DNA of 64,000 nt from contig NZ_JBKBXG010000018.1 of assembly GCF_046314175.1 (NCBI RefSeq), forward strand, positions 852-64,851, in the 5' to 3' direction. The notes beneath the pieces are model-generated. The model was not told where the DNA came from. It saw nothing but the letters and a program-made list of their open reading frames with translations, and made no database searches. This document shows, piece by piece, positions 60,826 to 64,000 of this stretch (positions are counted from its first letter, which is position 1; the number at the start of each line of letters is the position of its first letter). Position numbers and translations under genes: made by a program. The stretch comes from Acidovorax sp. Its GTDB lineage: Bacteria > Pseudomonadota > Gammaproteobacteria > Burkholderiales > Burkholderiaceae_C.

Positions 60826-61941
60826 CTACCGGTCGCGCGTGCCCCGCAAGGCCAGCCAGCCTGCCACGGCCGTGAAGGCCGCCACCACCGCCACAATGAT
60901 CCAGAACCCGCTGCCGTCGTCTGCCAGCGGCACACCACCCACGTTCATCCCAAACAGACCCGCCAGTATGTTGATGGGCAGGGCCAGCACCGTGACCACC
61001 GTCAGCACAAACAGGCTGCGGCTGTTCGATTCCTGTACGTTGGCGGCAATTTCTTCCTGCAGCAGCTTGATGCGCTCCTGCAGGCCCTGCATGTCGCGCA
61101 GCACCACCGAAAACTCTTCGGTGGAATCGCGCAGCTCCTGCGCGTCTTCGGCGCCCATCCACACCGGGGGGTGCTGCAGCAGGCGGAACAGCGCCGCAGG
61201 CTCGGGCGCCAGCAGCCGCTGCAGGCGCACCAGCAGGCGGCGCAGCACGCCCAGCCGCGCACGTTTGTGGTCCAGGCGCCCCGCCAGCAGCTCGTCTTCC
61301 ACATCGTCAATGCGCTGGGTAACGCCGCGCACGATGTCCACCAGCCCCGACGCCTGCGTGCGCATCAGCTCGGCCAGCAGCGCCACGCTGGAGCGTGGTG
61401 CGTGACCGTGGCGCACGGCGGTGCGCAGGGCGTCCACCGACCGCAGCGGGCGGGTGCGCCCCGTCACCATCAAATGCGGCGCCACGCTGGTCCACAGCGT
61501 GGCGATGTCTGAGGGCTCAAACGAAAAGTCAAAGTGGGCGTCGTTCAACACCGCAATCAGCGTGTCGTCGTCGCGCTCGATGCGGGTGGAGACCGAGCGG
61601 TCTTTGAGGGCATCAAAAAACGCTTCGGGCAGGTCCGCGTGCCGCTCCATCCAGCGCACAGCCTGGGCGTGGCTCAGGTTGAAGTGCAGCCACAGGAATG
61701 TGGTGGTTTCGGTGGCTTCGGAGCGATTGCGCTCCCGCAGCCACTGCGCTGCCTGGGCCGAGTCCACTTCTTGCGGTGCCGTGCCGTCTTGCAGCAGATA
61801 GCCGCAGATGAGCCCGGATGCGTCGCCGCCGTAGTTCAGGCTGGCGCTGACCGAAGCGAGGGTGGCAGGCGGGTGGGAAGGTCGTTCTACAGGGGGCACG
61901 GGCACCGAGGGTGGGCCGGTGCTGTGACAGTGCCGTGACAT
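60826..61941 (-). CDS. CorA/ZntB-like divalent cation transporter (true start probably downstream of 61941)
   Basis: WLHFN, STRIE, two C-terminal TMs with GLFGMNVGGVP. Confidence 0.88.
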   Translation of the reverse strand: MSRHCHSTGPPSVPVPPVERPSHPPATLASVSASLNYGGDASGLICGYLLQDGTAPQEVDSAQAAQWLRERNRSEATETTTFLWLHFNLSHAQAVRWMERHADLPEAFFDALKDRSVSTRIERDDDTLIAVLNDAHFDFSFEPSDIATLWTSVAPHLMVTGRTRPLRSVDALRTAVRHGHAPRSSVALLAELMRTQASGLVDIVRGVTQRIDDVEDELLAGRLDHKRARLGVLRRLLVRLQRLLAPEPAALFRLLQHPPVWMGAEDAQELRDSTEEFSVVLRDMQGLQERIKLLQEEIAANVQESNSRSLFVLTVVTVLALPINILAGLFGMNVGGVPLADDGSGFWIIVAVVAAFTAVAGWLALRGTRDR

Positions 61942-61986
61942 TTCGCGGATATGTCACATATGTCACAGATGTCACGCGGTTGTCAC
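61924..61986. promoter_or_regulatory. Divergent Pho-box-like TGTCAC repeats
   Basis: GTGACA at 61924 and 61935; TGTCAC at 61952, 61961, 61970, 61981. Confidence 0.6.
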
Positions 61987-62035
61987 CGGCGGCCGCCACC
62001 ATGGCACATTCCATTCTTTGCCTGGTTTGAAGCCC

Positions 62036-62950
62036 ATGTTCCACAACAACGCCCTCGACACCCAGGACCTGATGCAGCGCATTGCCAACGACCTGATCGA
62101 CAGCTACGACGAGGAGCTGGAGCTGGAGATCGAAGACCGCAATGTGGACGACATCGGCACACCGCAGTCCACCGACCGGCTGGCGCGCCAGCAGTACTTC
62201 AAGGACCTGTTTCACCTGCAGGGCGAACTCGTCAAGCTGCAGGACTGGGTACAGCACAGCCGCCAGAAGGTTGTCATTCTTTTCGAGGGCCGCGATGCGG
62301 CGGGCAAAGGCGGCGTCATCAAACGCATCACCCAGCGCCTGAACCCGCGCGTGGCCCGTGTGGCCGCGCTGCCCGCACCCAACGACCGCGAGCGTACGCA
62401 GTGGTACTTTCAGCGCTATGTGGCGCACCTGCCTGCGGCGGGCGAAATGGTGCTGTTCGACCGCAGCTGGTACAACCGCGCGGGCGTCGAACGGGTGATG
62501 GGCTTTTGTTCGGACGACGAATACGAAGAGTTTTTCCGCACGGTGCCCGAGTTTGAAAAGATGCTCGTGCGCTCGGGCATCACGCTCGTCAAATACTGGT
62601 TCTCCATCACCGACGAAGAGCAGCACCTGCGCTTTCTGGGTCGCATCCATGACCCGCTCAAGCAGTGGAAGCTCAGCCCCATGGACCTGGAAAGCCGTGT
62701 GCGCTGGGAAGCCTACACCAAGGCCAAAGAGACCATGCTGGAGCGTACCCACATCCCCGAGGCGCCTTGGTGGGTGGTGCAGGCGGTGGACAAGAAAAAG
62801 GCGCGCCTGAACTGCATTGCGCACCTGTTGTCGCAGCTCCCCTACCAGGAAGTGCCTCACCCCGCGGTAGTGCTGCCCGCCCGCGTGCGCAACCCCGAAT
62901 ATTTGCGCCAGCCCGTACCTGCCTCGATGTACGTGCCCGAGGTGTACTGA
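62036..62950 (+). CDS. ppk2: Polyphosphate kinase 2
   Basis: FEGRDAAGKGG, WYFQRY, FDRSWYNRAGVERVMGF, WKLSPMD. Confidence 0.96.
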   Translation: MFHNNALDTQDLMQRIANDLIDSYDEELELEIEDRNVDDIGTPQSTDRLARQQYFKDLFHLQGELVKLQDWVQHSRQKVVILFEGRDAAGKGGVIKRITQRLNPRVARVAALPAPNDRERTQWYFQRYVAHLPAAGEMVLFDRSWYNRAGVERVMGFCSDDEYEEFFRTVPEFEKMLVRSGITLVKYWFSITDEEQHLRFLGRIHDPLKQWKLSPMDLESRVRWEAYTKAKETMLERTHIPEAPWWVVQAVDKKKARLNCIAHLLSQLPYQEVPHPAVVLPARVRNPEYLRQPVPASMYVPEVY

Positions 62951-62984
62951 CTGCCGTCAGAACAGCCCGTCCATTCCATCAGTT

Positions 62985-63050
62985 TGTTCCTGATTAAATA
63001 GCTGCTAGCGCTTGTCCATCAAGCGCTAGAGCCCTAAAACACTTGAATTT
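62985..63050 (+). repeat. Dispersed ~66-bp repeat, copy 12
   Basis: aa-TAGC-tgct-AGCGC-ttgtccatcaa-GCGCT-agagccctaaaacacttgaattt. Confidence 0.88.
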
Positions 63051-63080
63051 CTGACGCTGGCAGCGCAGTGCTGCTTTGGG

Positions 63081-64000
63081 TCAGTGCGCGCGCCCTGCGC
63101 CGCCTTGCGACGGCGTTCCCCCGCGCCCGAACTGGTGCCAGGCCCGGCGCAGCTGGGTGTCCGAGCTGAACCCGGCCAACAGTGCCGCCTGCGTTACGTT
63201 ATGCCCCGCCTGCAGCGCCGCCTCGGCGGTGGCCAGGCGGATGCGGCGCAGGTACGACAGCGGCGCGATGCCCGCGTGCTCCAGAAACAGCCGCGTCAGG
63301 TGGCGCGGCGAGGTGTGCGCCATCTCGGCCATGGCGGGTACGTTCCAGTCGGCCTGGGGCTGGCGCCCTACCGCGTCCTGCACGCGGTGCAGTGCGGCGT
63401 GCAGGTGGTTGCGGTGGTGTAAGAAGGGCGACAGCTCGGGGTCGTTGGGCCCGCGGCGCAGGGCCACCACCATGGTTTGTGCCACCTGCGCGGCCACCAC
63501 CGGGCCGCAGATGTCGGCAATGCGGTGCAGCAGCAGGTCGATGCCGGTGGTCACGCCCGCGCTGCTGTGCACCGGGCCGTCGGCCACAAACACGCGGTTG
63601 GCGGCGACGTCGCAGCGCGGGTCCACCTCGGCCAGCTCCTCTAGGTGCTGGTGGTGGGTGGTGGCGCGGCGGCCGGTCAGCATGCCGGCGTGGGCGGCCA
63701 CGATGGCGCCTGCGCACACGGTCACCAGCTCCAGCTGGCCGGTGGTCAGGCGCAGGCCGCGCAGCCAGTGCAGTAGCACGCGGGCGTCGCTGTGGTCCAC
63801 GTCAATGCGCTGGCCGGGCAGGCCCACCAGCACCACCCATGACGGGTGTTGCAAGGTATCAGGCAGGGGCGCAAGGCCGGTCAGCATCACGCCCACCGAC
63901 GTGACGGATTGCGGCGTGGGGCTGACAAAGTGCAGCACAAACCGGTCGGGCTGCCCCAGTGCGCGCAGGGTCTGGTTGGCAATGCGCAGCGCCTCGGCCG
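63081..64000 (-). CDS. GlxA-type AraC regulator (DJ-1/PfpI plus HTH); 5' end outside window
   Basis: TVCAGA, ATTH, SSAGVTTGID, SPRHLTRLF, AGFSS. Confidence 0.9.
   Translation of the reverse strand, partial: AEALRIANQTLRALGQPDRFVLHFVSPTPQSVTSVGVMLTGLAPLPDTLQHPSWVVLVGLPGQRIDVDHSDARVLLHWLRGLRLTTGQLELVTVCAGAIVAAHAGMLTGRRATTHHQHLEELAEVDPRCDVAANRVFVADGPVHSSAGVTTGIDLLLHRIADICGPVVAAQVAQTMVVALRRGPNDPELSPFLHHRNHLHAALHRVQDAVGRQPQADWNVPAMAEMAHTSPRHLTRLFLEHAGIAPLSYLRRIRLATAEAALQAGHNVTQAALLAGFSSDTQLRRAWHQFGRGGTPSQGGAGRAH

Noticed and set aside
5218-63050. Dispersed repeat as a CRISPR array or integron attC sites
   Set aside because: Copies are kilobases apart, in both orientations, next to or inside housekeeping genes; no cas or integrase gene and no attC-type ends seen

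Overview
GC-rich betaproteobacterial chromosome segment. Gene content and the extended rpsT N-terminus point to Comamonadaceae (Acidovorax-like); this is inference. Contents in order: a purine uptake/deamination cluster (BMP-type ABC transporter, Rieske oxygenase, adenine/adenosine deaminase, MCP, second BMP, guaD), dcd, a diguanylate cyclase, pcp, a DEAD-box helicase, apaH, H-NS, acnA, two tandem GGDEF-EAL genes, a divergent carbamoyltransferase, a DUF6502-like/lipoprotein/beta-propeller module, kynBUA, two two-component systems with MipA and TonB-receptor neighbours, argD-argF, rpsT-murJ-sirB1, an orphan ParB-like gene, a CorA/ZntB-like gene and ppk2. No transposase, integrase, tRNA, rRNA or CRISPR array is visible. 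The most striking signal is a dispersed ~66-bp double-dyad repeat (GCTA-N9-TAGC-N4-AGCGC-N11-GCGCT plus a tail) with 12 copies. Two copies are translated in frame inside housekeeping enzymes (AcnA and ArgF, in opposite orientations) and one supplies the C-terminus and stop codon of GuaD. Also notable are an abrupt synonymous-site A/C to G/T switch inside an EAL gene, a perfect palindrome in the DUF6502-like module, and a structured leader before the BMP-guaD genes. All calls were made by eye; no database searches were run.
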